Shown here piece after piece: positions 1 through 9,677 of a stretch of DNA of 64,000 nt (position 1 is its first letter; every line of letters starts with the position of its first letter). Where the stretch lies: positions 2,560 through 66,559 of the forward strand of contig DAOOIT010000021.1 of assembly GCA_035384565.1 (NCBI GenBank), written 5' to 3'. Made by a program: the position numbers and the translations under genes. The notes beneath the pieces were generated by a model. It was not told where the DNA came from and made no database searches. It was given only the letters and a program-made list of their open reading frames with translations. Source of the DNA: Planctomycetota bacterium (lineage in GTDB: Bacteria > Planctomycetota > PUPC01 > DSUN01).

Positions 1-1
1 G

Positions 2-3000
2 GTGCGCGAGGTCGCCGCACTCGCGGCCGCTCTGCCTCCGCAGTGGGGCGCGCCCCCCGTGAAGGCCACTGGTTCGGCGAGCATCGAGGTCTCGTGCTCT
101 CAGCGGAAGGGGCAGTTGACCCTGCGGGCCGGCCTGAAGACCGCCGGCCTCCGGCTCGCGGGCGAGGTGGGCGGGCGGCGTTTCTCAGCCGACGTGGGCC
201 TTTCGGCCAGAGCCACCGTGGCCGATGGGCGCGTGGAGGGGTTCTGGTGCCGAGTGGACAATGACGGCGTTTCTGTGGACGGCTTGCCCCTCATCGGCGG
301 CCTGCATCTGGTCGCCTCGTTGCAGGGCGGCGCGCTCACCGTGCCCAGCGCGTCGGTGAGAGGCCGCGGGTGGTCGCTCGAGCTGGACATGTGCGGCGCC
401 ACGGGGGTGCTGGAGGCCCTCGCGGGCAAGGCGACGCCGATCACCATCCATCTGCCCTGGTGGCGCGGTTCGATCGAGCCGCAGCAGCTCTGCACCGACG
501 CGGGCCCGTTGGCAAGCTGGCTTCGGGCCGTCCCGCCTCAGCCCGTGGATGTGATGGGGCAGAAGACCGTTGTCACCCTCGCGCCCGGCGCAAGGGAGGC
601 GGGGACCGCCTGGACCTGGCAGGTGCAGGCGCCCGACGTCGTCGTCTCGTGGGGTGACGCGGATCTCCAGTTTGCCCTTCCGCGGGCCACGCTCCAGGGC
701 GTGGCCGTGAAGCTCCGCTTGGCGGCGGAGGCGAGTGCCAAGGCCGTCCAGGCTCAGGTGCTGCCCGGCTCGCGGGTCTCGTGCGCCGCCGCCTCGGGTT
801 CGTTCGGCGGTCTTACGCTCGCCGTGCCAAGGGGCGAAGGGGCCGGCGTCGAGGTGTCGGTGGGCCAGCAGAAGGGCGAGCTGTGGGCCGCGCTCGGGGA
901 TGCGACGCCGGCGTGGGGCGTGCGCGTGCCCGAGCTGGCGGTGGCGGTCCTCGGTGCGCGTGCCGAGGGGCCGATGGGGCTGGTGGCGACGGGGATCGCC
1001 GCGAGCGGGCAGCTCGCGCTGGAGGCCGGCCCCGAGAGGGCCGCTGTCTCGCTCCGCCCTGGCTCGGGCCTCACGGTGAGCGCCGCCAGGCTGCCCGCGG
1101 CGGGGGCCGAGGCCACCGGGTTCGAACTGCACGTCGGCGAGCGGGAGGCTCAGGTCTCCGCTTCGCTGACGGATGCGGAACCGGCCTGGGACGCGCAGGC
1201 GCCCGACCTGCGGCTGGGCCTCGGGCGGGCGAAGGCGGAACTGCCCGGCGGCGTGGCCGCCGACGGCGTGGCGGTCTACGCTCAGCTTGGCGTGCGGGCC
1301 AACCCCCGCGAGGCGATCGTCGCGGTCGCCGGCGGTTCCGACCTCATCGTTGGCTCGCTGAAGCTCCCCTGGCTCGACATCCGCAAGGCCGCTGCGGGGC
1401 CGCTCGTGGGCATCGAGCTGGGCGCGAAGGGTCTGGAGGCCAAGATGCCCCTGCACGGCGAGAGGCCCGCCTGGTCGCTCGACGTGCCCGAGTTCGTCGT
1501 GAAGCAGGCCGAAGCTGACCTCGTGCTGCCGAACGGCGCGGGCAGGGTGGAGGGCTGCCGGGGGGAACTGAGACTGGGCGCAGTGGCGGGCCCGGCGCAG
1601 CTCAGGGTGGCGCTCCTGAGGGGCTGCTTCGTAGGCTTCCAGGCCGTGGAGGCGGCCGTGGGCGGCGACGTGCTGCGGGTGGGCCCGAATGGGCTTGAGC
1701 TGGCGCCCGGCAAGTCCTTCGGCACCCTCGACCTGGCCGGCGGGCAACCTGTGTCCGCGAGCGCCATCCTCGAGCTGCAATCGGGTCGGCCGCTGGCGGC
1801 CATGCTGGGACAGGAGGTAAGTGCAACTCTCGGGGCCGTGAGCGCGGATGCGTGCGCCGCCTGGTCGGCGGCCAAGGGCGGAGAGGTGCTCGGCAAGCTG
1901 TCGGCGACGGGGGTGGAGGCAGCCGTCGAGCGCAAGCTCGGGGACTCCGTGCTCAAGGCGCGGGTGCCGAGTGCGGAGGCCCGCGTGGACGCGCGGGCCG
2001 ATTTCTCCGCTGGCCGCGGCCACGAGAGGCCGCTCTCGCTTGGGTTCGCGTTCGCCACGAAGGCCGGCAGCGCCCCTGTGACGGTCAGCTTCTCGGGCGC
2101 CGACATCGTGGTGGGCAGAGGCAGAGTCACAGGCTCGGTGGGTCTGGGTGATCCGCGGCCCCCTGCGGTGGAGGTCATGGCTTTCCTCGACGGGGCTTCG
2201 GTCCGCCACAAGGCGTCGGGGCTGTCCATCGAGGGCCTTTCCGCGAGCATGCCGCTCTCGTGGGGCGGCGCCAGGCCCGCCCTGGGCAGCTTCTACGCGG
2301 GCGCCCTCGGGGCCGCCGGCGCGAGCGTGCGAGCCGTCAGCGGCACCGTGGGCCTGGCGGACATGCGGGCGGAATTCACGGCGGCGTGCGAGCCGCTGAA
2401 GGGGGCGAAGCTGAGCGTGGAGGGCTCGCTCGATGCCTCGCAGGGCGAGCCGCGCGGCACCGCCCGCCTGTCGTTGCCGCTGTTCAGGCTGGAGGACGAG
2501 CACGAGCTGGGCCGCCGCGTGCCGGCGCTCCATGGGCTGCTGGCGACCGGCACGTTCGGGGTCGAGGGCTTTGCTCGCCTCGCGGACGGTCAGGTGCGCC
2601 CCACCCTCACCCTCACCGTGCTGGACGGGGTCCTCAAGAGCAGGGAGTGGGACATGGAGGCGGAGGGCGTGTTCGCGACGGTGCGTCTCAGCAGCCTGGC
2701 GCCGCTGCTCACGCCGCGCAAGGAGCTTCAGATCGCGCTTGTCCAGCGGGCGAAGATGGGCGCGCTGGAGGTCGAGCACGGCACCGTGGCCTTCCGCCTC
2801 GAGCCGGCGGGGCCTGCCGGGGCGCCCAGCCACTTCGCCGCCGTCATCCAGCGGGCCGACTGGGGCTGGTGCGGCGGGCGGCTCTACGTGGAGGATTTCT
2901 CGTTCGACCCTCAGGCCGCGGAACACCGGTTCACGCTGCACGCGGCGGACCTCAAGCTCGAGGCGCTCACGGCCCTCATCCCCGACCGGCAGGTGACGGG

Positions 3001-3439
3001 CGTGGGCACCCTGAGCGGCATGCTGCCCGTGCGCATCGCGGGGTGGCCCAACATCCGCTTCGGCAGCGGCCATCTGCACTCGCTGCCCAACCAGCGCGGC
3101 TGGCTCCGCATCCAGGACCTCGGGCCGCTGGAGTCCACCATCGCCGCCGTGGCCGAGGCCAGCGTGCCGGACTTCTTGCCCGCGCACGTGCGCGCCGAGG
3201 GCCGCGAACAGCTTCGCGAGAGCATGCTCACGGCCCTGAGAGAATTTGAATACGATGAGCTGAAACTCGACTTCATAGATAGGGGGGAGGAGACGCTCGC
3301 TCGGCTCACCACGAGCGGGCGCGGGCGCCACCCCGACCGCTGGGGCCTCCGCTACCCCATCGGCGGCATCGAGTTGAACTTCATCGGCCTTGACAAGGAA
3401 CTGCTGAACCATATACTCAGGTTCAGACCCACCGACTGA
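2..3439 (+). CDS. ydbH: AsmA-family / YdbH-like large envelope protein, C-terminal 1145 aa (5' end outside window)
   Basis: Long Ala/Gly/Leu-rich repetitive beta-rich ORF ending ...LNHILRFRPTD. It is immediately followed by a ~59-aa lipoprotein and a DUF1318-like gene, the conserved ydbH-ynbE-ydbL arrangement. The ORF runs off the window start. Confidence 0.55.
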   Translation: MREVAALAAALPPQWGAPPVKATGSASIEVSCSQRKGQLTLRAGLKTAGLRLAGEVGGRRFSADVGLSARATVADGRVEGFWCRVDNDGVSVDGLPLIGGLHLVASLQGGALTVPSASVRGRGWSLELDMCGATGVLEALAGKATPITIHLPWWRGSIEPQQLCTDAGPLASWLRAVPPQPVDVMGQKTVVTLAPGAREAGTAWTWQVQAPDVVVSWGDADLQFALPRATLQGVAVKLRLAAEASAKAVQAQVLPGSRVSCAAASGSFGGLTLAVPRGEGAGVEVSVGQQKGELWAALGDATPAWGVRVPELAVAVLGARAEGPMGLVATGIAASGQLALEAGPERAAVSLRPGSGLTVSAARLPAAGAEATGFELHVGEREAQVSASLTDAEPAWDAQAPDLRLGLGRAKAELPGGVAADGVAVYAQLGVRANPREAIVAVAGGSDLIVGSLKLPWLDIRKAAAGPLVGIELGAKGLEAKMPLHGERPAWSLDVPEFVVKQAEADLVLPNGAGRVEGCRGELRLGAVAGPAQLRVALLRGCFVGFQAVEAAVGGDVLRVGPNGLELAPGKSFGTLDLAGGQPVSASAILELQSGRPLAAMLGQEVSATLGAVSADACAAWSAAKGGEVLGKLSATGVEAAVERKLGDSVLKARVPSAEARVDARADFSAGRGHERPLSLGFAFATKAGSAPVTVSFSGADIVVGRGRVTGSVGLGDPRPPAVEVMAFLDGASVRHKASGLSIEGLSASMPLSWGGARPALGSFYAGALGAAGASVRAVSGTVGLADMRAEFTAACEPLKGAKLSVEGSLDASQGEPRGTARLSLPLFRLEDEHELGRRVPALHGLLATGTFGVEGFARLADGQVRPTLTLTVLDGVLKSREWDMEAEGVFATVRLSSLAPLLTPRKELQIALVQRAKMGALEVEHGTVAFRLEPAGPAGAPSHFAAVIQRADWGWCGGRLYVEDFSFDPQAAEHRFTLHAADLKLEALTALIPDRQVTGVGTLSGMLPVRIAGWPNIRFGSGHLHSLPNQRGWLRIQDLGPLESTIAAVAEASVPDFLPAHVRAEGREQLRESMLTALREFEYDELKLDFIDRGEETLARLTTSGRGRHPDRWGLRYPIGGIELNFIGLDKELLNHILRFRPTD

Positions 3440-3475
3440 ACAGGCCCGCTTCCCGGGCAGGAAGGAGACCCCGCC

Positions 3476-3655
3476 ATGATTCGCTGGCTCTTCGCCGGAC
3501 TGGTGGCCGCGGCCCTGCTCGCGCCCGCCTGCACGCGCCACACGGTGAAGCTCGACCCCATCGAGATCAAGCCCATCCACATCACGATGGACATCAACAT
3601 CAAGGTCCAGAAACAGATCGAGAACGACTTCTCCTTCATGAACGAGGCGAAGTGA
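3476..3655 (+). CDS. ynbE: YnbE-family small lipoprotein (59 aa, not in the ORF track)
   Basis: ATG at 3476 preceded by GGAAGGAG. Peptide MIRWLFAGLVAAALLAPAC... has a lipobox-like Cys after the signal peptide. Size and position between the ydbH-like and ydbL-like genes match. Confidence 0.55.
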   Translation: MIRWLFAGLVAAALLAPACTRHTVKLDPIEIKPIHITMDINIKVQKQIENDFSFMNEAK

Positions 3656-3675
3656 CTCAGGCAGGAGGTTTCCGC

Positions 3676-4095
3676 ATGAAGACGCGACTGGGCATCCCCG
3701 GGCTGGCCGTGTTCGTGGCGGCGTGTGTGGCGTTTCCCGCGGCGGCGCTGGCCCGCAGCAAGGGCGAGGTGCTCGACAGCATCAAGGCCCGCTACCCCGC
3801 GCTGCTCAAGCTCCTGGCCGACAAGCGGGTCGGCGAGACCGCCCAGGGCCTCATCGAGGCCGTGAAGAGCGCCTCGCTCCAGGACAAGGTCGAGGCCAAG
3901 GGCCAGACGATCACCCTCGCGCAGTTCATCCAGGACGAGAACAACGACCGCACCGAGTACTTCGGCATCGCGGCCCGCGAGACCAAGACCACGCCCGAGA
4001 TCGTCGCTAGGAACTTCGGCCGCGTGCGCGAATCGAAGCTCAACAAGGGCGAGTTCTGGAAGGGCGACGACGGCAAGTGGGAGCAGAAGAAATAG
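3676..4095 (+). CDS. ydbL: YdbL-like periplasmic protein (DUF1318 family)
   Basis: ATG at 3676 with AGGAGG 9 nt upstream; signal peptide MKTRLGIPGLAVFVAACVAFPAAALA. Size (~140 aa) and operon position fit. Confidence 0.55.
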   Translation: MKTRLGIPGLAVFVAACVAFPAAALARSKGEVLDSIKARYPALLKLLADKRVGETAQGLIEAVKSASLQDKVEAKGQTITLAQFIQDENNDRTEYFGIAARETKTTPEIVARNFGRVRESKLNKGEFWKGDDGKWEQKK

Positions 4096-4174
4096 GGGTT
4101 CGGGGATTGGTGTTCGGTGTTGGGGTACGGAACAGGAGATGCCCTGCCGCCTGATCCTGGCTGCTGGTCTCCTC

Positions 4175-4202
4175 TCACGTATCCCGCATTACGCATCACG
4201 AA
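4175..4202. promoter_or_regulatory. Heptamer (TCACGYA)n array, 4 units, 10 nt upstream of the URO-D-family gene start
   Basis: tcacgta tcccgca ttacgca tcacgaa. Confidence 0.45.
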
Positions 4203-4211
4203 GGGCCCCAC

Positions 4212-5264
4212 GTGCTCTCCATCCCCCGCAGTCCCGCGCCTGACTTCGGCCGCTTCCTCAAGGTCGTCACCCGGAACGGCGAGCCGGACCGGGTGCCCTT
4301 CGTCGAGCTGGGCGTGGACGCCGAGGTGATGGCGGCCGTGCTGGGCGAGCCGGCCGCCCCGGCCGAGGCCCAGGTGCGCTTCTGGCACGCACTCGGCTAC
4401 GACTACGCGAGCCTCAAGGCCAACATCCCCTGGACCCGCCGCCGCGACACGGCGCCCGACACGGCCGATCTGCCCCACGCCCAGCGCGACTGGGTGAACG
4501 CGCACTCCGCCCTCATCGCGTCGCGGGCCGACTTCGAGCGCTTCCGCTGGCCCCGCCCGCACGAGGTGGACTACCGCGACATCGAGACCGCCATCCGCGT
4601 GGCGCCCGAGGGCCTGGGCATCGTGGGGCGCGTCTCGGGCGTGCTCGAGAACGCCATGTTCACCCTCGGCTTCGAGGGGCTGTCGTACCTGCTCGCCGAC
4701 GACCCCGCCCTGGTGCGCGACACGGCCGATGCCGTGGGCGCGCTCATCCTCAACGTCGTCGAAACCCTGGCCTCGATGGACGGCGTGGGGGCGATCTTCT
4801 TCGGCGAGGACATGGGCTTCAAGACCGCCAGCATGCTCTCGCCCGCGGCGATGCGCGAGTTCATCTTCCCCTGGCACCGCCGCATCGTGGCCGCCGCGCA
4901 CGCCCGCGGCAAGCCGATCCTGCTCCATTCGTGCGGCAACCTGCGGACGCTCATGGACGACATCCTGGCCACGGGCTGGGACGCCAAGCACTCGTTCGAG
5001 GATGTGATTCAGCCGATCACCAAGGCCAAGGCGCTCTACGGCCACCGCATCGCGGTGCTGGGCGGGATCGACATGGACCTGCTCAGCCGCGGCAGCGAGG
5101 CGGCCGTGCGGCGCCGGGTGCGCGAGGTGATTCGCGCGTGCGCCCCGGGCGGCGGCTTCGCCCTCGGCTCGGGCAACACCGTGGCCAACTACGTGCCCCT
5201 GGGCAACTACCTGGCCATGCTCGACGAGGGCTGGCGGCGGGGGCGGTACCCCATTGGGGCCTGA
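4212..5264 (+). CDS. Uroporphyrinogen-decarboxylase (URO-D) family protein, MtaA/CmuA-like rather than HemE
   Basis: 350-aa ORF with GTG start at 4212. URO-D-fold motifs are present (ILLHSCGN...LGGIDMDLL). The HemE N-terminal RQAGR motif is absent. Confidence 0.55.
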   Translation: MLSIPRSPAPDFGRFLKVVTRNGEPDRVPFVELGVDAEVMAAVLGEPAAPAEAQVRFWHALGYDYASLKANIPWTRRRDTAPDTADLPHAQRDWVNAHSALIASRADFERFRWPRPHEVDYRDIETAIRVAPEGLGIVGRVSGVLENAMFTLGFEGLSYLLADDPALVRDTADAVGALILNVVETLASMDGVGAIFFGEDMGFKTASMLSPAAMREFIFPWHRRIVAAAHARGKPILLHSCGNLRTLMDDILATGWDAKHSFEDVIQPITKAKALYGHRIAVLGGIDMDLLSRGSEAAVRRRVREVIRACAPGGGFALGSGNTVANYVPLGNYLAMLDEGWRRGRYPIGA

Positions 5265-5300
5265 GGCGGGCACACCCCCCCCCGCGGCGAGGCGGCGGGC

Positions 5301-5375
5301 GAATGGACACGATGGCCGGAATGGACGGGGAAAGGGGCCCTTCGACTAGCCGTCCATTCGGCCTATTGTGTCCAT
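5301..5375. terminator. Long imperfect hairpin between convergent genes (candidate bidirectional terminator)
   Basis: gaatggacacgatggccggaatggacgg (5301-5328) pairs with ccgtccattcggcctattgtgtccat (5350-5375); loop 5329-5349. Lies between the + gene end (5264) and the - gene end (5399). Confidence 0.4.
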
Positions 5376-5398
5376 CCTGTTCCTGTCCGGCCGCCTGA

Positions 5399-6283
5399 CT
5401 ATGCGCGTTTCCGGCAGCGATAGGTGAGGCATCCGGCCGCCAGTGCCAGGTCGCCGAGCGCGGCCGCGGCGCGCATCGCCGGGTCGCGGCGGAGGGGCGC
5501 GGCGGCGAGCTTGAGCGGCGCGAGGCACAGGCGCTTCAGGTGGGCGGGGGCGCCGCGGCGGCCCTCGTGCTTGAGGCGAAAGTGCGCCTCGCCCCTCCCC
5601 CGCTGCCAGCTCTGGCGCAGGAAGGACCCGAGCCCGTAGTCGCGCAGGTGAAGCACCGCCACCGGCACATAGAGCAGCCGCCCGCCGCGCTGGGTGAGGC
5701 GCCGCTTCAGGTCGGCGTCCTCGCCCCACACGAGGGGGGGAAAGCCCTCGTCGAAGCCGCCCACCTCGAGGAGCGCGGCGCGGCGGTACGACATGTTGTT
5801 CGTGCCGCCGGCCGGGCACTCGAAGCCGCCGAGCGCCTCCTCGTCGCCGGCGCCGTAGACGCAACGGGCCACGTGGGCCTCGAGCCGCGCGACGGCGCGG
5901 GCGCGCAACGCGTCGGGCGGCGCCACGAGCCGCCCGCCCACGCCCACGACCTCGGGGTGGCGGGCGTAGCCGTCGGCCAGGCGTTCCAGCCAGTCGGGGG
6001 GGACGAGGCAATCGTCGTCCGTGAAGGCCACCACCTCGCCCGTGGCCTGGGCGATGCCGCGGTTGCGGGCGGCGGCGACGCCGCGGTTGGGCTGGCGAAT
6101 GTAGCGCACGCCGCGCCGCTGCCCCAGCTCGGCGCCGAGGGTCTCGGTGCCGTCGGTCGAGCCGTCGTCCACGAGGATCAGCTCGAAGCGGTCGGGGGGC
6201 AGGGTCTGGGCGAGGGTGGCTTCGACGACCCGCTCGAGGAGCGCTGCGCGATTGTGGGTGGCGATGACGATGGAGAGCTTCAC
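5399..6283 (-). CDS. Family 2 glycosyltransferase
   Basis: GTG start at 6283. N-terminus KLSIVIATHNRAALLERVVEATLAQTLPPDRFELILVDDGSTDGTE shows the GT2 DXD region. Confidence 0.75.
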   Translation of the reverse strand: MKLSIVIATHNRAALLERVVEATLAQTLPPDRFELILVDDGSTDGTETLGAELGQRRGVRYIRQPNRGVAAARNRGIAQATGEVVAFTDDDCLVPPDWLERLADGYARHPEVVGVGGRLVAPPDALRARAVARLEAHVARCVYGAGDEEALGGFECPAGGTNNMSYRRAALLEVGGFDEGFPPLVWGEDADLKRRLTQRGGRLLYVPVAVLHLRDYGLGSFLRQSWQRGRGEAHFRLKHEGRRGAPAHLKRLCLAPLKLAAAPLRRDPAMRAAAALGDLALAAGCLTYRCRKRA

Positions 6284-6316
6284 GAGGCCGTCTCTCCCTC
6301 GCGGGCGCCGCGGCAG

Positions 6317-6817
6317 CTACTCCAGCAGCTCGCCGCGGATGGTGACGGCGGCGCGGACGATGGCCTGCTTGTCCTGGTCGTAGAGCAGGTAGACCTTGAG
6401 CCAGCGGGTCACGAGGTGCGAGTGGGTGGGCAGCGTGTCCACCGTGCCCTCGAGCACGAGCTGCCGCGCCTCGCGGTGGTATGCCGCGGGCGCGAAGACG
6501 ACCTTGTGGAGGGGAGGCACGTGCTTGTACTGCTCCATCGGCTTCTTCGCCCAGCGCGAGAGTTCGCGCGCACGGTCGGCGGTGAGGAGCGGGGCGATGC
6601 CGGGGCGTTTCGCCGCCCAGTCCGCGAGGGCCTTGGCCGTCTCCTCCGCGAATTCGCCGGGCTTGCACGGCGAGCCGCCGTCGAAGCCGGGGATCGGCTC
6701 CATCTCGGGCACCAGGGCCATGGGAATGGCCGGCGCGGGCGACGTGATGGCCTTGAGCCGCGCACAGCCGCCGACGACCAGCGCGGCCAGGGCGAACGCC
6801 AGGGGCAGTTGCTTCAC
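6317..6817 (-). CDS. Hypothetical lipoprotein
   Basis: GTG at 6817 with GAGGAGG upstream. Signal peptide plus lipobox VKQLPLAFALAALVVGGC. The upstream part of the long track ORF was rejected. Confidence 0.4.
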   Translation of the reverse strand: MKQLPLAFALAALVVGGCARLKAITSPAPAIPMALVPEMEPIPGFDGGSPCKPGEFAEETAKALADWAAKRPGIAPLLTADRARELSRWAKKPMEQYKHVPPLHKVVFAPAAYHREARQLVLEGTVDTLPTHSHLVTRWLKVYLLYDQDKQAIVRAAVTIRGELLE

Positions 6818-6831
6818 GACGGCTTGCCTCC

Positions 6832-7140
6832 TCACGGCACCAGCAGGAACCGCAGCGCCCAGAAGCACGCCAGGATCACGTTGAGCACCACGGCCATGCC
6901 GAACAGCCCCGGGCCGCCGCCTTTGGCCACCAGGCGCGCGAGGCCCGCCAGGCCCGCGAGGGCCGAGGCGCCCAGCGCCGCCACGCGGTAGCGCGCCAGC
7001 GGCATCTCCCACAGGGGCGGCGTGCCGTCCTCCGGCTCCTGCATCAGCACGTAGAGCGTGGCCGCGGCCGCGATGGCGAAGCACACCCACACGAAGCCTT
7101 CGGCCACGGGCAGCGCGCGGGACTCGTTCGTCTTGTTCAC
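6832..7140 (-). CDS. Small membrane protein (two TM segments)
   Basis: 102-aa ORF with GTG start at 7140, two hydrophobic helices; sits between the DegT-like gene and the lipoprotein on the same strand. Confidence 0.35.
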   Translation of the reverse strand: MNKTNESRALPVAEGFVWVCFAIAAAATLYVLMQEPEDGTPPLWEMPLARYRVAALGASALAGLAGLARLVAKGGGPGLFGMAVVLNVILACFWALRFLLVP

Positions 7141-7226
7141 CGAGGGGGCCCTTTCCGCCGCGGCTCGCGGCGCTCCCTATCATATCGGAACCCCGCCGGC
7201 TGTCAAACAGGCCAAGCCCTGGACGG

Positions 7227-7281
7227 CTGGATGAATGGATGGATGAGCGGCCGACTTGCCCCGACACCCATCCACCCATCC
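7227..7281. terminator. Imperfect hairpin just downstream of the DegT-like gene
   Basis: ctggatgaatggatggatg pairs with catccacccatccag. Possible intra-operon attenuator or terminator. Confidence 0.25.
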
Positions 7282-7283
7282 AG

Positions 7284-8489
7284 TCATCCCCGCTCTTGTG
7301 CGACTCTCTCCACCGCCTCGATCACGGCGGCCGCGATGTACTCGTTCAGGTCGTCGGTCATCCGGGGGTGCAGCGCGACGCAGAGGATGCGGCCGCCGAG
7401 CTCCTCGGCGCGCGGCAGCACCTGGCCCGCCGTCCGCTCGCGGATGAACGGGTGCGACAGGTAGGTGGGCGGGTTGGCCACCACGGCGCCGACGCCGTAG
7501 TCCTGCTCGAGCAGGGCCATCAGCCGGTCGCGCTTCGGCCCGGCCCACTCGCGCGGCACGAGGAGGGTGTAAAGGTAGAAGGTGTGCTCGCAGCCGGGCG
7601 GCTCGAGCGGCAGCGTGAGCTCGGGCACGCCGTCGAGCAGCCGCGAGCGCGCGAGGGCCAGTTCGCGGCGGCGGGCGATCATCGCGTCGAGGCGGCGAAG
7701 CTGCACGAGGCCCACGGCGGCCTGGGGCTTGGTGAGCTTGAAGCTCGAGCCCCAGCCTTCGCCGCCCCATTGGCGCAGCGCGCGCAGGCGGTCGGCCAGG
7801 GCCGCGTCGTCGGTGGTCACCATGCCGCCCTCGCCCAGGGTGGTCATGAGCTTCATCGTGTGGAAGCTGAAGACCGTGCACCAGCCCTTCTTGCCGATGC
7901 GGGTGCCCCGGTAGCCTCCGCCGCAGGCGCGCGCGGCGTCGCCGATCACCTTGGGCGGGCCGTGCTTGGGGTGCGGGTGGCGCTCGGCCACGGCCAGCAG
8001 CGCGTCCATGTCGGCCGACAGGCCGTTCATGTGCGTGGGCAGGATGGCGCGGGTGCGCGGGGTGATGCGCCGCTCGACGTCGGCCGGGTCGGCGCAGAGG
8101 GTGCGCTCGTCGGCGTCGCAGAACACCACGCGGCCGCCCTGGCCCAGGACGGCGAGGGCGGAGGCCCGGAAGTTCACGGCCGGCACGATCACCTCGTCGC
8201 CCGGCTCGAGGTCGAGGCATCGCACGGCCAGGTCGAGGCCCACGCTCGCCGTCGAGAGCGACACGGCGAACTGCGTCCCCACGTGGCGGGCGAACGCCTC
8301 CTCGAAGTCGGTGATCTCCTGGGTGATGAAGCCGAAGCCCACGTTGGGGTCCATCGAGTCGCGGATGGCCTTCACCGCGGCCTCGATCTCCTCCTCCGTG
8401 TACCAGCCTCCGAGCTGCGGCTCGCCCTTCCAGGCCACGGCCGGCTTGCCGCGGCTCAGGAGTTCCCGTCTGCGATCAGGTGTGATCAT
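7284..8489 (-). CDS. DegT/DnrJ/EryC1/StrS-family PLP-dependent aminotransferase (sugar aminotransferase)
   Basis: ATG at 8489 (MITPDRRR...) with GGAG upstream. The family fold is recognisable, including the VIVPAVNFRASALAV and SFHTMKLMTTLGEGG region. Confidence 0.75.
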   Translation of the reverse strand: MITPDRRRELLSRGKPAVAWKGEPQLGGWYTEEEIEAAVKAIRDSMDPNVGFGFITQEITDFEEAFARHVGTQFAVSLSTASVGLDLAVRCLDLEPGDEVIVPAVNFRASALAVLGQGGRVVFCDADERTLCADPADVERRITPRTRAILPTHMNGLSADMDALLAVAERHPHPKHGPPKVIGDAARACGGGYRGTRIGKKGWCTVFSFHTMKLMTTLGEGGMVTTDDAALADRLRALRQWGGEGWGSSFKLTKPQAAVGLVQLRRLDAMIARRRELALARSRLLDGVPELTLPLEPPGCEHTFYLYTLLVPREWAGPKRDRLMALLEQDYGVGAVVANPPTYLSHPFIRERTAGQVLPRAEELGGRILCVALHPRMTDDLNEYIAAAVIEAVERVAQERG

Positions 8490-8619
8490 CGCGGTGCTCC
8501 AGAGAGGTGTGTTGATGAGAATACGCGCGGAAAGGCCCGCATGCAACCGCCAGACCCCATTTGCGTTCGGCGCCCGCTCGGGCTATCATCGCAGCAACCC
8601 ATTCGCCAAGGAGGTCCCC

Positions 8620-9654
8620 ATGCGAAGAGTGGCAGCGATGGACGGGCGCGGCCAGTTCTCGGTCATCGAAGAGGCCATTCCCGACCCGAAGCCGGGGCAG
8701 GTGCTCATCGAGGTCGCCGCCTCGCTCGTCAGCCCGGGCACCGAGCTGGGCGGCGTGCCGGCCCGGCGGAAGAACCCCAGCGACTCCCCGCCGCGGCCCT
8801 TCGGCTACCAGAACGCGGGCGTGGTGATCCGGCTGGGCGAGGGGGTCACGCGGTTCCGCGTGGGCGACCGCGTGGCGACCATGGGCGGCGGCTACGCGCT
8901 GCACGCCAGCCACTCGGTGGCGCCGGTGAACCTCACGGTGCCCATCCCCGAGGGCGTGTCGTTCGAGGAGGCCGCCTTCTGCCACCTGGCCGCCACCGCG
9001 CTCCACTGCCTCCGCCGCGCCGAGCCGCAGTTCGGCGAGAACTTCGCCGTCAGCGGCCTCGGCCTCGTGGGCCTCCTGTGCGTGCAATTCGCGAAGCTCA
9101 GCGGCACACACGTGGCCGGCCTCGACCGCTTCCCCAAGCGGCTGGCCCTCGCGCGGGCGACGGGGGCCGACGCCGCCTTCAATGTGGCCGAGGCCGACCC
9201 CGTGCCGCGCGTGCGGGAGTTCTGCCGCGGCCACGGCCTCGACTGCGGGATCCTCGCCTTCGGCGGCGAGGCGACCGAGGCGGCGAGGCAGCTCTACGAG
9301 ATGATGCTGCCCGCGCCCGACGGCCATCGCTGGGGCCGCCTCGTCGCCGTGGGCGGCGCCCGCGTCACCCTCGGCCTCGCCGCCGACCTGGGGAACGTGG
9401 ACATCCGTTCCTCCGCCCGCCCCGGCCCCGGCTACCACGACGACGCCTGGGAACACGGCGCCGACTACCCGCCCGTCTTCGTGCCCTGGACCACCCAGCG
9501 GAACCTCGAGGAGAGCCTGCGCGCCATCGCCGAGGGCGCGCTGCGCGTCAAGCCGCTCATCACCGACGTCGTGCCCCTCGCCCAGGCCCCCGCCGCCTGC
9601 GAGAAGCTCGTCTCCTCGCCCGGCGAGGCCATCGGCGTCATCCTGAAGCCGTGA
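8620..9654 (+). CDS. Zinc-binding alcohol dehydrogenase / MDR-family oxidoreductase
   Basis: ATG at 8620 with AAGGAGG upstream. VSGLGLVGLL Rossmann motif and GroES-like N-domain (PGQVLIEVAASLVSPGTEL). Confidence 0.7.
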   Translation: MRRVAAMDGRGQFSVIEEAIPDPKPGQVLIEVAASLVSPGTELGGVPARRKNPSDSPPRPFGYQNAGVVIRLGEGVTRFRVGDRVATMGGGYALHASHSVAPVNLTVPIPEGVSFEEAAFCHLAATALHCLRRAEPQFGENFAVSGLGLVGLLCVQFAKLSGTHVAGLDRFPKRLALARATGADAAFNVAEADPVPRVREFCRGHGLDCGILAFGGEATEAARQLYEMMLPAPDGHRWGRLVAVGGARVTLGLAADLGNVDIRSSARPGPGYHDDAWEHGADYPPVFVPWTTQRNLEESLRAIAEGALRVKPLITDVVPLAQAPAACEKLVSSPGEAIGVILKP

Positions 9655-9677
9655 GGCGTGACGCGTGATGCGTGATA
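9649..9677. promoter_or_regulatory. Heptamer array (reverse orientation) spanning the adh stop and the nucleoside-hydrolase start
   Basis: ccgtgaggcgtgacgcgtgatgcgtgata is the reverse complement of tatcacgca tcacgcg tcacgcc tcacgg. Confidence 0.45.

Noticed and set aside
185-3580. Very long antisense ORF (1131 aa) and the many other >300-aa antisense or out-of-frame ORFs in the track (for example 3792-5273, 5346-6668, 7180-8220, 7239-9668, 9638-10675, 12744-14264, 14725-16653, 20164-22503, 33606-35150, 36759-38288, 38538-42170, 42858-47756, 43363-45693, 49607-53323, 50127-52205, 54258-57731, 57653-59203)
   Set aside because: They mirror a confidently assigned gene on the other strand or frame, and are Arg/Gly/Ala/Pro-rich low-complexity translations typical of ~70% GC DNA. 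They lack an RBS and lack the GC3 bias of the real frame.
4212-5264. Calling this gene hemE (true uroporphyrinogen decarboxylase)
   Set aside because: The HemE N-terminal substrate-binding motif (RQAGR) is absent. It belongs to the broader URO-D/MtaA-like family, so no gene symbol is given.
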